Assembly (NCBI GenBank): GCA_028534125.1
Contig: CM052816.1
Location: 100,690,001-100,754,000, forward strand
Direction: 5' to 3'
Source of the DNA: Lama glama
Lineage: Eukaryota
Length of the DNA: 64,000 bases
How positions within the stretch are numbered: position 1 is the stretch's first letter; each line of letters opens with the position of its first letter. Below are positions 38,411 through 51,532 of the stretch, one piece after another. The notes beneath the pieces were generated by a model. That model ran no database searches. It saw only the letters and a program-made list of their open reading frames with translations, and was not told where the DNA came from. The translations under genes were made by a program, and so were the position numbers.

Positions 38411-39739
38411 GAATGTGGAGACGTGGGCTCCACCTCCACTTCTTAAAACTGAAACGAGCAGACAAGGGGCCAAGTTGCTCTTATGCTGCTGAGGCTGGAG
38501 CAGCTCTGGTGGAGTTCCCGCTGCCTCCCGGGCGGGGCTGGGGCCGCAGACACAGGGCTGCGCGGTCACGGTCACCGCCAGATCTGGGCGGGGGGGTCGG
38601 GTGCTGTGCTGCAGAGCTGCTGGGGAGCGCTCTGGAAGGAGGAAGTCAAATCTGCCAGTGTAACAGCTCCAGTGTCCCTTGCTTTAGGCTCCTGGAGGTG
38701 GAACGTGGATGCGCATCTAGTCCCGCGGAGTCCCATTGTGGACACTAGGGTCTCTGTGTAGAAAGAGGTCCTGGGGAGCCACGACCTACCGCAGACCCTC
38801 GTAGACGGGCGGCTGGATGGTCCACCCACAGTCACGACAGCCACGTTACATCGTCACTCTGTTGCTACTTATATTTCAACAAAGGGTGAAAGCAATTCTC
38901 CGGCTTTACGCATGAGGACAAGTCACCGAGCAGGCTTTCCTGTAACCGACTCCTCAGTCCGTGTTGTGACTGGCTAAGGGGACAAGGGGGTGACTCAGGA
39001 CAGGGGCAGAGGTGGGGTGAAGGGGAGAGAGGGTCACCGGAGAGACGAGAGCTGACAACGAAGAGGGGTTTCCCACGGGCGGGGACACTTCCAGCCTCAA
39101 ATCCCAGAGGCTCATCCTCTGCTGGGAAGGAGGCAAGGAGAGGAGGCGGGAACGTCTAAGCAGGAGTGAGGGGTGGGGGCTGAGGAGGGGGAAGTGGGGA
39201 GGGGACGGGAGGGGAAGAACGGAGGGGAGCCGAGGGGCAGCTGGAGACCAGGAAACTTCGGGAGACACGTGAGGGAAACATGGACTTTTTTGCAAGCAGA
39301 CAAAATGGCTTCAAATGCAAACCTTTCCCGCAAAGCCGTGTCCCCCGGGTAAGTCACACGCCTCCCTTTAGACCAGCTTCTCATCCCGGCAGACTGACTT
39401 GGCACTGCCGGTGCTCTGCTGGTGGAAAATGTGAGGCTTCCGAGCCTTTCTGGAAAGTGACAGCTGACAACTAAGGAAACACACACTCTTTGACCCTGGA
39501 ACCTTCCTCCTGAGAATCTGTCTCATGGACTCAAGCACTCGGAATGTGCCAAGGATACAGGAGAACGGGGCGAGCGAGGAGGGCCACGTCCCTGGCCTCC
39601 GCAGAATCCCTGGGACACGCTCCAGCAAGTGAGCGTCCTTGGCCTCCCCCAGGAAAGACTTCAAGTGTATATTTGAATGTATTCAGATATGGCGTGCAGG
39701 CTGTCTCAGAAGGCACGAGAACGGCCATGAGGCGCAGGA

Positions 39740-40135
39740 GGTGCCTAGTTTAAAGCAGAAGTAGACACGTGATCCACGGGCAGAGCGCGGGCCCTCGGAC
39801 AGCGTGGGAGGGAGCGGCCGGGGTGCAGGCGCAGGTGCGGGGCTGCTGTGCCTGTGGGCTCGGGAGCTTCATTTGCTGACAAGTGGGAGGATTACTCCAG
39901 CTACTTTGGGGAGGGGACTGGATTCCCAGGAACTGGGCCCCCCCGACTTCTTGACCCTTTAAGGTCAGCCTGGGGACCGTCCTGGTGCCTGGGGGGCGCC
40001 GTTTCCCAAGCTGATGTGTTACCATGAGCGTATAATGAGGCTCAGAGTCTCTGGAAGTCAAACCTCCCACCTCCCTGGGCCTCAGGTCCCACTGGGAGTT
40101 GAATCTCCCGCCATCTTGGTGCTGGTTGCGGTGTG
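39740..40135 (-). mobile_element. ERV1-type solo LTR (MER41-like)
   Basis: gtgggaggattactccagctactttgggga...ccaggaactgggcc...ttcttgacccttt...atgagcgtataatgaggctca...gaatctcccgccatcttgg. Confidence 0.65.
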
Positions 40136-40864
40136 GTTCCGTGAGTGGCCGTGCCTGCCCTTCTCTCCTGTCCCACCAGGCGTATGAGGCAGTGCTCTTG
40201 GCGACAAGCTGGCAGCAGAACGAGGGGCCCTGTCCACCCCCTTTTCCACACAGTGAAGCGCCGTGCAGCCATCGGAAAGAAGGTGACTCTGTTCCAAAGG
40301 CTCCCACGCGTGGCGGGAGGTGTTGGTGGGAAAGGAGTGACCCCCACGTGAGCCTGGGCGCGAAGGCCTGACTGCGGCTGAGGGAGCCCCCTGCACGCGG
40401 ACAAGGAGACAGGAACATGCCGGCAGTGACCTTACAAGCCCTGGGCCTCCCGCCGTGTGTGGCGCTGAGTCCCGCCCGCACAGTCAGAGGGAAATGTGCA
40501 TGTCTGTGTTTGTCTCCGCTGGTGCTTTGGGCTTATTCTCAGCTCTGTTCTGACAAAGCTTAGGTTCCTTTTCTTTCCAAAGTATCCCCCTGGATTCCAG
40601 AGTCTACTGTGCGAGTTACTGGAATGCAAGTGGACCCTGCGAGCCGGCCGGAGCAGGTAGAGCAAGTCCCTTTGGAGAGTGGGTCTCCATGGAACCCGGG
40701 GAGGCCTCCTGGCCCAAAGGGAGCCACCTACGGCTCTGGGCCTGTGGAATCCCACCCGGGGCCTGGTGAGTGTAGAAGCACGTCTTCTGAGAGCGGAAGG
40801 AGGTGATGCTGACAGTCCTGGGACAGCAGGCCTGCCGGTGTAAAATCTCTGCTGCGTGCGCACA

Positions 40865-41209
40865 GTGTGGCCAGCACTACGGACCAAACTCCTGCCAGCT
40901 CCCGAGGCCTCCCTCCACCAGGCCGGCCTTGGCCTGAAGAGCCCGGTCTTGGCACAGAACCCCGCCAGCAGTTCACCAAGGACCTGGACCCTCGACGTCA
41001 ACTAGGGCTCCTCTTCCTCTGACTCTCACTGTTAGTCAGGTTCTTCTTAGTAATTTTCCACCTCTTCCTCATCCTCTGCCTTGGTTGTAAATCTCCAGGC
41101 TCCCTGTTTCGTTCAGAGATGAAGTTCCTCTCTGTCTCCTACTGCAATAGCCTTGAATTAAGTCTTTCTTGCCACTGCTGACAAGCATCGGGAGACTTTC
41201 TCTGTAACA
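40865..41209 (+). mobile_element. MER31-like ERV1 solo LTR
   Basis: gaccaaact...ccttggcc...cttcttagtaattttcca...ccttggttgtaaatc...cctactgcaatagccttgaattaagtctttcttgcc...terminal taaca. Confidence 0.75.
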
Positions 41210-42748
41210 GATGAGATGCGGCGCTTAAAGGAAACGGTCAGGAAGCCCCGATCCTCCCCGCCGTCCACTCCCTGGGGCGGATCAAGGCTCCCAAGGCGGA
41301 GGGGGAGGGCGGGGCGTGCAGAGCCCAGAGCCTTGGGGGCAGCATGACCTGCTTCCTTGGTTTTATCCTCACAGTCTTACCTTGTCATTGTCTTAGCTTG
41401 AGTAAGTCGGAGACAAAATTCGGCAGTTTTCCTGAGGGATGCTTCCTCGCTGTGCGGCGTGCACGCTGAGGACTGTGGAGCCAGTTCCTGGAGCGCCGGC
41501 TGGCCGGGATGGGCACCGGGGCAACCTTGGACCACAGCACGTGCAAGGCACAACCGCTGACTGAAAGTAGACTTCGTTAGCACGTCCTGGAGAGGGTAAC
41601 AAGGAGGCGAGCCTGTAAGCGTCTCCATATGACTGAGCCTGGCACTTGACAGAGTGAAGTGTTTAAAAATCCTTATTTTCCAAAGAATCCTCTGTACGTG
41701 GTGCCATTTGTTGAATCCGCACCTGAACGTCCTAAGCGTCTCAGAAGGACGTGGCGGGTACCCCAGCCTGGACGTGAACAGCACGGCTCAGTGATGAACA
41801 CCCGTGGTCCCGGCCTGGGGCGTCTCCGACCCTGAAAGCAAGACGCACACGCTAGGATTTTCATGTAAAAACACCTGGGAGGGTCAGAGGGTGCGTTTGC
41901 TGACCTTCAAAGTGCAGCCACCTGCACCCAAAATAAAAGCGCTCGCCCCTCCGTAGGAGAGGGGTCAGGGGCCCCCACCATGTCTGCCACAAGTAAACCC
42001 AAAGGACACGTGTTTGTGGGTGCCCGTTTCCTCCCTTACGCTTTGCAGAAGCGTGTCTGTGTGTTTGTGGTGAAGACCCGGCCGCTCTAAAGATGGAGAG
42101 CCCGGGGCCGCAGCCGGCGTGAGCGTGGCCCCAGCGAATGAAACCGGAGCGAAGGGCGGACGCGTGGACGGGAATCGGCAGGGTGAGTGCCTTCCGCTGA
42201 CGAGTCTTTTCCACCAGAGGGTTAACAGTTCACGAGTCAATAATTAAAAAACATTAACAGTAACACGGATGGAGATATTCTGTGGACAGATTTTCAGACC
42301 CACTGGAATTTTCTCCTCAGCCTGGGATCCAATAACACAGGTCGCCCCAGCCCCCCGGTTCTGCGGTGGGACCATCCTTGTCCCCCTGCTTGCTGGAAAT
42401 CTCATTCAAGCTGCCTCTCACCAGCATCCCTCCTACCCGGCCCCACCCTCGGACCAATTCCGGACAGGTTTTGTCTGAAACAGATAAAATAAATGAGCCG
42501 TTCTAGAATTCCCAGGATCAGTGCTTAAGGCCTCACTTTTCATAAGGAGTCCCTGACACCTCCTTCTACCCTCCCAGGCTGGCGACGAGGAGAGATGCTC
42601 TAACTGCAGAAGCTTCCTCCTGGGGGCCTCTCACCCTCTGCAGACGCCCCCCCTAGGCCGCCACGGCCCCACACGCTCAGACTCAGCTCGAGGGGACAGC
42701 ACAGGGGGGAAAGCAGGTCAAACTTTGTCTATTTGTGGCTGCCTGCTT

Positions 42749-43420
42749 CTTATAAATGATCGAAGTTTAGCTGATTCACAATGACGTGTCAGTTTCTGGT
42801 GCACAGCACAGTGAGTCAGTTGAAGGCATATATGCACACATACTCTTTTTCATATTCTTTTTCACTATAAGCTATTATGAGGTATTGAATGTAGTTCCCT
42901 GTGCTTTACAGTAGGACCTTGTTGTTTATCTATTTTATACGTAGCAGTTAGTATCTGCACATCTTGAACTCCCGATTTATCCCTTCCCACCCCTTTCCCT
43001 CTTGGTAACCATAATTTTGTTTTCTGTGTCTGTGGGTCTGTCCCTGATTTTTGTAAATAAGTTCATTTGTGTCTTTTTTTAGATTCTAAATATAAGAGCT
43101 ATCATGATATGGAAAACAGTGTGGAGATTCCTTAAAAAACTAAAAATAGACTTACCATATGATCCAGTAATCCCACTTCTGGGCATATATCTGGAGGGAA
43201 CTCTAACTTGAGAAGACACATGCACCCCAATGTTCACAGCAGCACTACTTACAGTAGCCATGGCATGGAAACAACCTAACTGTCCATCAACGGATGACTG
43301 GATAAAGAAGATGTGGTCTATTTATACAATGGAATACTACTCAGTCATAAAAAAGAATAAAATAATGCCATTTGTAGCAACACGAATGGACCTGGAGATG
43401 GTCATGCTAAGTGAAGTAAG
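42749..43420 (-). mobile_element. L1 3' insertion with 5' inversion (twin priming)
   Basis: Antisense 3'UTR about 42750-43105, then a sense ORF2-end segment about 43107-43420 (ORF 43230: MFTAALLTVAMAWKQPNCPSTDDWIKKMW); flanking TSD-like gctgcctgctt 42738-42748 / gctacctgctt 43420-43430. Confidence 0.9.
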
Positions 43421-44671
43421 CTACCTGCTTTTAACAGTGAACTTTGTCAACAGTTGCTCCCGGTGTTTGGCAGGACCCCTGTGCAAAGCAGGCTTGCTCA
43501 CTCCAGGATGGAGACCGCCTGGCGCTGGGCAGGTGGGCTGCAGGGGTGGATAGACCTGAATGCACACAGAGGACATCTCACTGAGTAGCCAGGCTCTCAG
43601 TGTGCTGCAGCTCCTGTTTCTCTAAAGTGTGTCCAGGTGCAGGCCGGGAGGGGCCAGACACCTGCCTGAAAGAAGGCCACTAGGCTCCCAGTGTGCGGCC
43701 ATGGCCAGCACACCGCAGCCGCCTCAGTGGGGCGGGCACAGCCTGCACGGATGCTGAGACTTGTAGGGCCCCAGTCAGCTGCTGGCAGGTGGCGTGGGGT
43801 GTTTCTCAGGGTCCAGAACAACCAGCGCTGCCTGCGAGGTGGCCACCCGCCCAGGTGGATGAGGACAGCTGAGCAGTGCCGTCTGCCCCCTCCCTGGCCC
43901 GGGTGGATGGCGGGGTTGTTTCCTGCTGAGCACCGGCACCTCTGGGACCCAGCTCAGCCATGTGAGCCAGGAAACAAGAGGAAAACCGCTCCAGATCTCC
44001 TTCGTGAAGTCAGGTGCCCGTGCAGATCTCGCTCGTCTGTTTGACGGGACAGAAGCACTTACGGAGGGACAAAGGGGCTGGCTGCAGGCGTGAGCGTGGC
44101 CAGTTCTGGGGAGAGACAGTCTTGGGGGTCCTGGGCCCCCATTGTCCCATCTCTTGTCCAGACAGGCCTCCATGTTGGGGTCTAGCTCTCCAGGCAGAGC
44201 CCTGGGGGTGCCTGCTAAGTCTGCAAAAACAAGAAAGAAAGGAACGCAAAACAGAGGAATTTTAAAAAGGGCCCCAAACTCATGGATGTAGAGACACGAG
44301 GAGTTTCTTCTTCAGCCCATCAGGGCTCAGCCTTGTCCATAACTGGGTGGTTGTGTCAGCGTAACTCAACTGGGGACACAGACAACCCCCCACGCCTGGA
44401 TGGGAAGCCTCGGGCCCTGGTCAGTGCGCCGTCTCTCCCAGGACCCTTTTCTGCATCTGAAAACGAGCTCTGAAACCGAGTCAGGGCTGTGAAACATCTG
44501 TGTGCATCAGCAGAAGCAGGCAGCCTGGCAGAGGTGCCCAAGTGTGGGAGGGGGCTCTTCGCGGACCCGGGGTCCAAACACACCTGAGAGCCACTGGACC
44601 AGAGGGCGCTCGGCCCTTCCGCTCTGCCCGTCCCGATCCCGGTCAAGAGAAGGCGTTTAAAATCGCTCCCA

Positions 44672-44866
44672 TACATAAAGCAGATGGACAACAAAGGCCT
44701 TACAGTGTCGTGCAGGGAACTGTGTTCCATTCCTTGTAATGGCCTGTAGTCAAAAAGGCTCTGAGGAGGAACATAAGCACATGTGTGTGTGTAACTGAAT
44801 CACCGTGCTGTCCACCTGAGCGCCGCGCTGTGAGTCAACTCTGCTTTGAAAGAAAGAAGGGAAAAG
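44672..44866 (+). mobile_element. Short L1 3' end, strongly GC-shifted
   Basis: acaacaaagg...cagggaactg...ccttgtaat...aactgaatcaccgtgctgtccacctga...gtcaactctgcttt and an eroded A tail; TSD-like aatcgctccca 44661-44671 / aaccgctccca 44870-44880. Confidence 0.75.
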
Positions 44867-47800
44867 CGCAACCGCTCCCACCTCTGTAGCCAGGCACCGC
44901 CCTGCTCACCTCTCCGCGTCTCCGCCCTGACATTCAGGCCGGAGCTCTTGCAGTCCCCTCCCTCTAGCCAACGACCATGAGGCCCACAGGAGCCGTCCTT
45001 GTGCCATGAAGCTCACTGGGGCTCAGGTGCGAGTTTTCACGGCTTCCAGAGGTCCCCTCTGCACTCCTTGTACGTGTCTGGGCACCAGAGAAATGTGGGC
45101 TGGACCAGGGCTGCAGGGTCTAGTCTCGGGGGCCCCCAGGCAGGCGGCGGCATCTCACCTCCGCAGGTCGCGTTTCTACACCGAAGGCCTGACTGCAGTT
45201 TTCTGAAGCTGCCCTTGGAAGAGTTGGCAAACCAATCTCGCTCTTCGGAAACGCTGGCCGAGGAACACATCAGAACCCCACACGGGGTGACGTCTCCTCT
45301 TCCGGGACAAGGACGGCAAAGACTAAGACGGGAAAAGCTGGTCGTGAGCCAACGAGTGGCGCCGCTCTCGGGCTCCGGGTCCTCGCCAGCCGTTCCCACG
45401 CCGAGCCTACAGCAGAAATTCCTGTGGGTCGGCGGTGGCACGGAAGCCCCCCCACAGCCTCCTGGAGGAGCCGGTCGCAGCGCGGCCCCACCGCTGCGGG
45501 AGGGCCGCTCACTAAACATTTATGAGCCGGCAGGTGGGGCTCCCTTCCCCGAGCCGCACGGCTGGCGGGGACGTTCTACGTGAATGCACTTGGCCGGCAG
45601 ACGCGCCTCGTTCCGACAGCTGACTTTTCGTGGGGAGAATTTGTTTGGCAGGCCCAAGCTGCTCGCATCCATGTATTATTAAAAGAAAAAACCCTGACGC
45701 AGAGCCGAAGCGCCCGTCATGTGGCACCGGGTGACCATCTCCTCTCCCAGGGTGCTCGGCGCCGGCCCTCCGAGGAGCCGAGGGCGATGGTTTTCCCGCC
45801 TCCGTCCCAGGCCCTCCACGGCCCCGCCCCCGCTGCCCAGGACACTGCCAAGGCCCTGGACGGCTCTGGCCGGGAGGCCACGCGCCGGGTTTGCAGAGCA
45901 AACACAAATGAGAGTTGCTGGTGACAGGTCATAGACGTGCGCGCTCCTGTATCTGGAGGGAAGGCAGGGCCTCCGGGCCTCTCTGTGTCCTGCTTCATTT
46001 TTAATGACCAGCCCTGAAACGAGCAGAGCAGGACGTTGTCACCTCGCGGAATTCATCCCCCATCAAACAGCGTCTGCGGCCACTCTGCGCCACCGCGGGA
46101 CGCTGAGGACGAGGCTGCCCCGCCCGCCTCCCCCGCCCCAGCCGCCTCTCCCCTTCTCCGGGGCGGAGCTGCCCAGTCCAGGAGGCTTTTCAGGAGGATC
46201 TCCCAGCTCGCAGGCTGCTGCTGAGGGCCGGCCCCTGCGCCGTGTTTGCGGACCCACCTCTCGAGCCATCCAGTTGGCCCCCCAGTCCGCAGGTCCGTGA
46301 CAGACTCTGGAACGGGGCCGCCACCCTCCCTCCGCAGCGCCTCCCCGCAGCCGTCCCCTGCCCCAACACCAGAGAGCAAGCCCGGCTTTACAGCACTGCT
46401 GAGGCCTCCAGGGGGTCCGGGAGCAGCCGGGCGTACTGCCCTCCAGGCCCCGGGACCACCCTCCGCCTGGCGGGGGGTAGGGGAGGCCGCTTTGTGCCCC
46501 CAGGGTCCCCACCACGGTCCTCTAAACTCCTGCGCGTGTCAGTGTCCCCCAGATGTGACTGAATCACAGCAGGCACCCCTGGGGGGTCGCAGGCCTTCAG
46601 AGGCCTCTGCCCGCCCCCTCAGCCCCAGGTGAGCATGGAGGCTGCTGGCCGGGAGCGTCCTGACAGAAGGGGGGCGGCCGCTCCGGCAGAGAGGTCCCGG
46701 AGTCCAAAACGGGGCTTCCCCCCAGGAGGAGATGTTTGCATTCATCAGAAGGCAAATGGTATTTCTACCCCGCACTTCTGAGCGTCCCCTCCAGTGTCTC
46801 TGGCAGGTGGCGGATGGGAGACAAATAGGAAACGGAGGTGACAGGGCCGCGGCAAGAGCAGGGGTGCCCCCTGCCCTGCGCTGCTGGTGCCCGGCACGGC
46901 GCTGTGACCGTCTCAGCAGGGAGTTCCCCCCACAGGCTTCGAGAAGCTGGTGATCAGCACTTGTCGCTGTGAGCGCCCAGGACTCGTTCACGTCTCTGTG
47001 ATGGAGTCGCTGCCGTCTGACCTGACCGCCATGACCCCGGGGCTCCAGCCTCCTCGGGCGGCGGTCTGTGCGGCCGGGCACCGCAGGTCAGGCGGCGGCT
47101 CTGGGGACCCACCGGCTCCCCCTCTCCTAGTGGGTGCCTCTCTGAAGACTGCCTGGGTTGGGTCTGCAGCCACCCCGCCTCCACTGGGCAGAGGAGCCCC
47201 CAACGCCCGCTGCTGCCCTTTGCTGGGAAAACCTCAGCCCCGTGGGGCCGCCTCTGTCACGTGGTCCCCGCCATCGCCCCCCGGGCCCTCTCTGGCTGGG
47301 GCGGCCTCCATGACGTGCCCATGTTGCGAAGCGGCCAAGCACACCCTGCCCTCCTCTCTGAGGCTCCTGCTGAGGGGCCAGACCGGCTCTGTGTCGTCAG
47401 GCCCCTGGGGCATCCAGCCCCGCCCCCGTGCCTGGACCAGGCTCCGCGGGGAGGGACGGGGTCAGCGGGCGTGGACCCTGCAGGCTGGGAGCCATGCCTG
47501 CTCTCCGGGCTGCCTGGGGCCCCGCAGGCCCCCGGAGCCCAGACTGGCCTGCCCTGCCCTCTGCCCATCTGCCCATCTGCCCTGGTCTCAGTCCGGGTCC
47601 CCGCTTCTGCTCCCACGCAGGGCATGCTTGCACTGGCTGCCCCCTCGCTCGGGGAGGTGACCTGTGTCCTCCGCTCCCGGCTGGTCTCAGAACTGCTGCT
47701 CAAGGGACAGCGGAGGCCGGGGTCCTGATGGCTGGTGTGTGGGCTGCGCCATCCGGAGCGCCTTACTCCGCTCTCCTGGCCTGGGCTCCGCCTCACACCC

Positions 47801-49576
47801 CCGGAGTCTGCCTGGGGCTGAAGCAGGAGCTGCTGGCCGCTCTGCCGTGCAGCCTGAGCTCCCAGCCCGGCAGGCCCCCAGGCTCCGCTCTGCCCGGGGG
47901 AGGGTCTGCCACGGCCCCCCTCCCCCGGCGGGACCAGGCCAGCGTCCAGAAGAGAAGTCACGTGAGACGTGTTCTTAGAACACTTCGCAGCTCACGTGGA
48001 GGAGAACCAGGTGTGGGTGCCAAGACCCCGGCTTCCCCAGGAGGGCCGGCAGGTGGAGCGCGGCTTTGCCCTGGGTCCCAGACCGCCGACCTTCCCCATC
48101 TCCACTTAGTCTCTGTGCCAACCCCAGCTCTTCCCCTTAAAAGCAGGGACATTATCCCATGGCAGCAGGTCACGTCCTGGGATCAGGAGGCGGGGGGAGT
48201 TGTGAGGGAGCAAGAGGTGGGCTGTTCAGGAGGACCTTGAAATCTGGCCTCTCTGCGAACTCCAGGTGGGAGCCAAGCCCTCCCTCCCAGAGCAGTCTCT
48301 CTCCACTCTCTCTTCTTGTTACAAACAAGACAAACAGAAGGAGCAAAAGGAGAAACTGCCCGGGATTGCACAGCCGGCACCCACGTGGGGATCTGGTGAG
48401 TCCCTTCAGCGCCCCCTCCCTCCCCCCTCCCTCCCTCATTACCGCGCAGGAGAAGAGAGACATCCCGGCCCCCGGAAAACAGAGAGAGGGGCACACAGCT
48501 AACGCAGGGTTAAGGAGAGCCTCGAAGGACAGAGGGAGGAATCCTCCACCTGCACGGCCAGGAAGGCACACGAGAGACAAAGAAACTGGGCGCTGGGGAC
48601 GCCCACCAGCCACACGGGGGACGGACCGCACTCCCACGGCACCTGCTCCCCTGGGCCGGCAGGCCTGCTCCCCACGTGGTCCAGGAAGGCGGGTGCTGCT
48701 CCGGGTCCTACCTTCACGGCCTTTACCCCCAGCCAGCCCCAAACCCTCATCACCAGGTTGGAGGACCCCCCACGAGGGCTCAGCCCAGCACCCCTAGGGG
48801 AAAGCAGCTAAGCCATGTGCACCCATGAACCCCACCTCACCCACGTGCACCCACAGCCCCCAAGTTCACCCCACACACCCACAAGCACCCCATACACGAT
48901 TCACACGCACCCCGACACTGCACATAGTGGGAAGGGGGCTACCCGCCCTGTGTCACCCAAAACACACTCCCAGCACCTCAATTAACGAGCCGTCTCTCCT
49001 CCACAGGGAGGACGGCTGGCTGCTGAGAAACGAGGGCCCAGGCTGGGCCACTCACAGAGGAAGGGGCTCCAGTGCAAGGGCCCGGGGACTCTCCTCGACC
49101 CTGGGGAGGCGAGGGGAGCAGAGGTACCACAGCTGCTGGCCAGGGAGCAGGGCATGGGGAGAGGTGTTCACGGCAGGGCACACATCATGCCACGAATCCC
49201 AAAACTGGTGATAGGCTGACCTCCCCAAGGAGAGCTCTTGGCCCCCATATCTTCAGACTCTGCAGTGAACGTAGCAGGTGTTAGTTACCACCGTTCACTT
49301 AATGTTCAATTGCCTGGAAAAACAGCCAATCCTGTCTCCATAGGATGGCCAATCAAATATCAAAAACAGATATGCCCAAATTACATTTCAGTTGGTTACT
49401 TAATCCAAAAGGGTCCATGTTTTCCTTCTCTGTAAGTGGGGAGCTGCTTGGGTGGGTAATATTACCCGTCCTCACTGACACACCGTCAGTCACCTATCCT
49501 TTCTTAGCTGAAGCATCGCTCTACGGATAGCAAGCCTTGTGCAAGGACATGGACGCAAGTCTTCACCAGACTAGCA

Positions 49577-50160
49577 GCATCCATCCATCCCTCCATCCAC
49601 TCATCCACTCATTCACCCATCCATCTACCATCCGTCTACTCACCTACCCATCTACCTATCTACTCATCCACCCACCCACCCATCCATCCACCATCCACTC
49701 ATCCATCCATCCACCCATCTACTCATTCATCTACCCACTCACCCAAACATCGATGCACCCACCTATTCATCTACCCACCTACCTACCTACCCACCCACCT
49801 ATCTACTCATCCATCCATCCACCCACCCACCTACTTATTCACTCATGTACCCATCCAGCCAGCCATACACCCACCATTCACCCATCCCACACCCTCCCCA
49901 CCTATCCACCCATTTGTGCATCTACCTACTTACTCACCCACCCATCTACCCACTTACCCATCCACCCACTCACCCATCCATGCATGTACACATCCACCCA
50001 TCCACTCATCCATCCATTTGCCCACCCACCTGCCTACTCATCCACCCATACACCCATCCATTCATCTAACTGTCCATCCTTCCACCATCCATCCACCCAT
50101 CCATCCACCATCTATCCATCATCCATCCATCTACTCACTCACTCAGGAACTTCCACCCAT
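49577..50160. repeat. (CCAT/CCAC/CTAC)n degenerate tetranucleotide repeat
   Basis: Directly visible; produces the His/Pro/Ser/Thr ORF 49537-50214. Confidence 0.95.
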
Positions 50161-50889
50161 CACAGAATTGTTGGTTTTCCTATGATGTGCCTGCATCTGT
50201 CCTCTTCCAGGTGAGTGATGGGTGCCTTACCATGAGGGAGGACCCTGCCTACGACGTGGGAGGACAGGAGGGGAGAGAGACGCTTCGTCACTTCATCATC
50301 AAGGGATGTCAAGGGTCTGTCCTTCCAGGAGCCAGAGGCGTCACTCCTCTGCTCAGAAGCAATCAGAATCAGGATGGGTGCTTCCATTTTATTACAAAGA
50401 AGTTACTGGAGGTACCACTGGCACAATGCTCAGTGAGGGCAGCCAGGGTCTGCCTGCTGACCCTCAGTGAACCCTCTGAGTCCCCAGGTTCATAATAGAC
50501 TGGCTTGCCTTTGTGTCTAATTAGATTCCTATGAGAATAAACATAACCTTTGACATCGGAAGGATGAATTCAGTGGTGCTCCCTGTTACTTCTACTTGTG
50601 AGGCTCAGTGTAGTTTGCAAATGAATAAGTCTCCCCAGTTCAGGCCAGCGATCTCCATGGCTCCACTGAGCTGGGGAGTCCTGGCTCCTGAAGGGAGAGC
50701 AGGAACATGGTCTGAGACTTTCAGAGCTGATGACGGACGCCAAGTTGGGGTCTTCAGAGGCTCCTGCACTGAACGGGGGCCCCGAAGAGGCACCGTCATC
50801 TCTGTGGTGTCAGACCTCCACCTTAAGCCGTTCTGCACTGAACCACAGCTTCTGGTCACTTCTGGGGACGGTGGCAGGAGCACGGGCCG

Positions 50890-51345
50890 TGTGTGATTTA
50901 ATTGCTTTTCCTTCCTCCCTCAGGTCTGCATATTATATTATATTGAAAAGTAATTATGCAGCCAAAGTGAAATGTCACCGGTGCTGTCTGGGAGCCGGCC
51001 GCCCAGCTGTGAATTATCCTGCCCCGCGCGCCTCGGCCACACGCCACGGCGAGCACTCCTGGGCTGGGCTGCCTCTGCGCACGAGAAGAGGCTTGCAGGG
51101 TTTTATTTTTCCCTTTTCCCTTCCAGCATCTAGATCCCAAGCTGGGTTGCCTTGTTGGCAATGATTGATTACCCAATATCTAATTAAACCTGATCCAATC
51201 ACTTATTATGCAGAGTGGAACAAACAAACTGAAGGCGCCTGTCAGCACAGTGATTGATGATGTGGCCAAGCCGGCTTTTGTGGCTCCTAGTGTCCCGACG
51301 CTTGTTACAACCAGGCCGGCCGTGCTGGCCGAGCGCCTGTCACCC
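50890..51345. promoter_or_regulatory. Candidate PBX-HOX/MEIS enhancer
   Basis: TGATTGAT at 51162 and 51251, CTGTCA at 51239 and 51337, TAATTA at 51181, further TAAT cores. Confidence 0.5.
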
Positions 51346-51532
51346 CGCCCGCCCCCGAGGAACCTCCAGTGAGAAGGACGAGGTGGGGGGACCGCACGCT
51401 CCTGGGACCTGCTGGGGCTCTGATTAGGCTACTTACAAGGTGCCATCAAAGTCCTTCCCGGAGACGGTCCCAGGGACAGAGCGGAGCGGCCCCAGGACAC
51501 GTGCTTGCGTGGGGGGGGGAGGGCGCCAGGGA

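Noticed and set aside
44999..48797. Cluster of 190-270 aa overlapping ORFs
   Set aside because: Same GC artefact; mutually overlapping frames with no domain signature.
49454..49467. 14-bp palindrome GGGTAATATTACCC (and the near-palindrome ATAGACTGAATTTAGTCTAT near 34668)
   Set aside because: Several palindromes of this length are expected by chance in 64 kb; too short for a miRNA hairpin.
49537..50214. 225-aa His/Pro-rich ORF
   Set aside because: Translation of the (CCAT)n repeat.
50187..50495. ORF containing SH2-like 'RHFIIK'
   Set aside because: Lacks the FLVRES core and other SH2 hallmarks; a short chance match.
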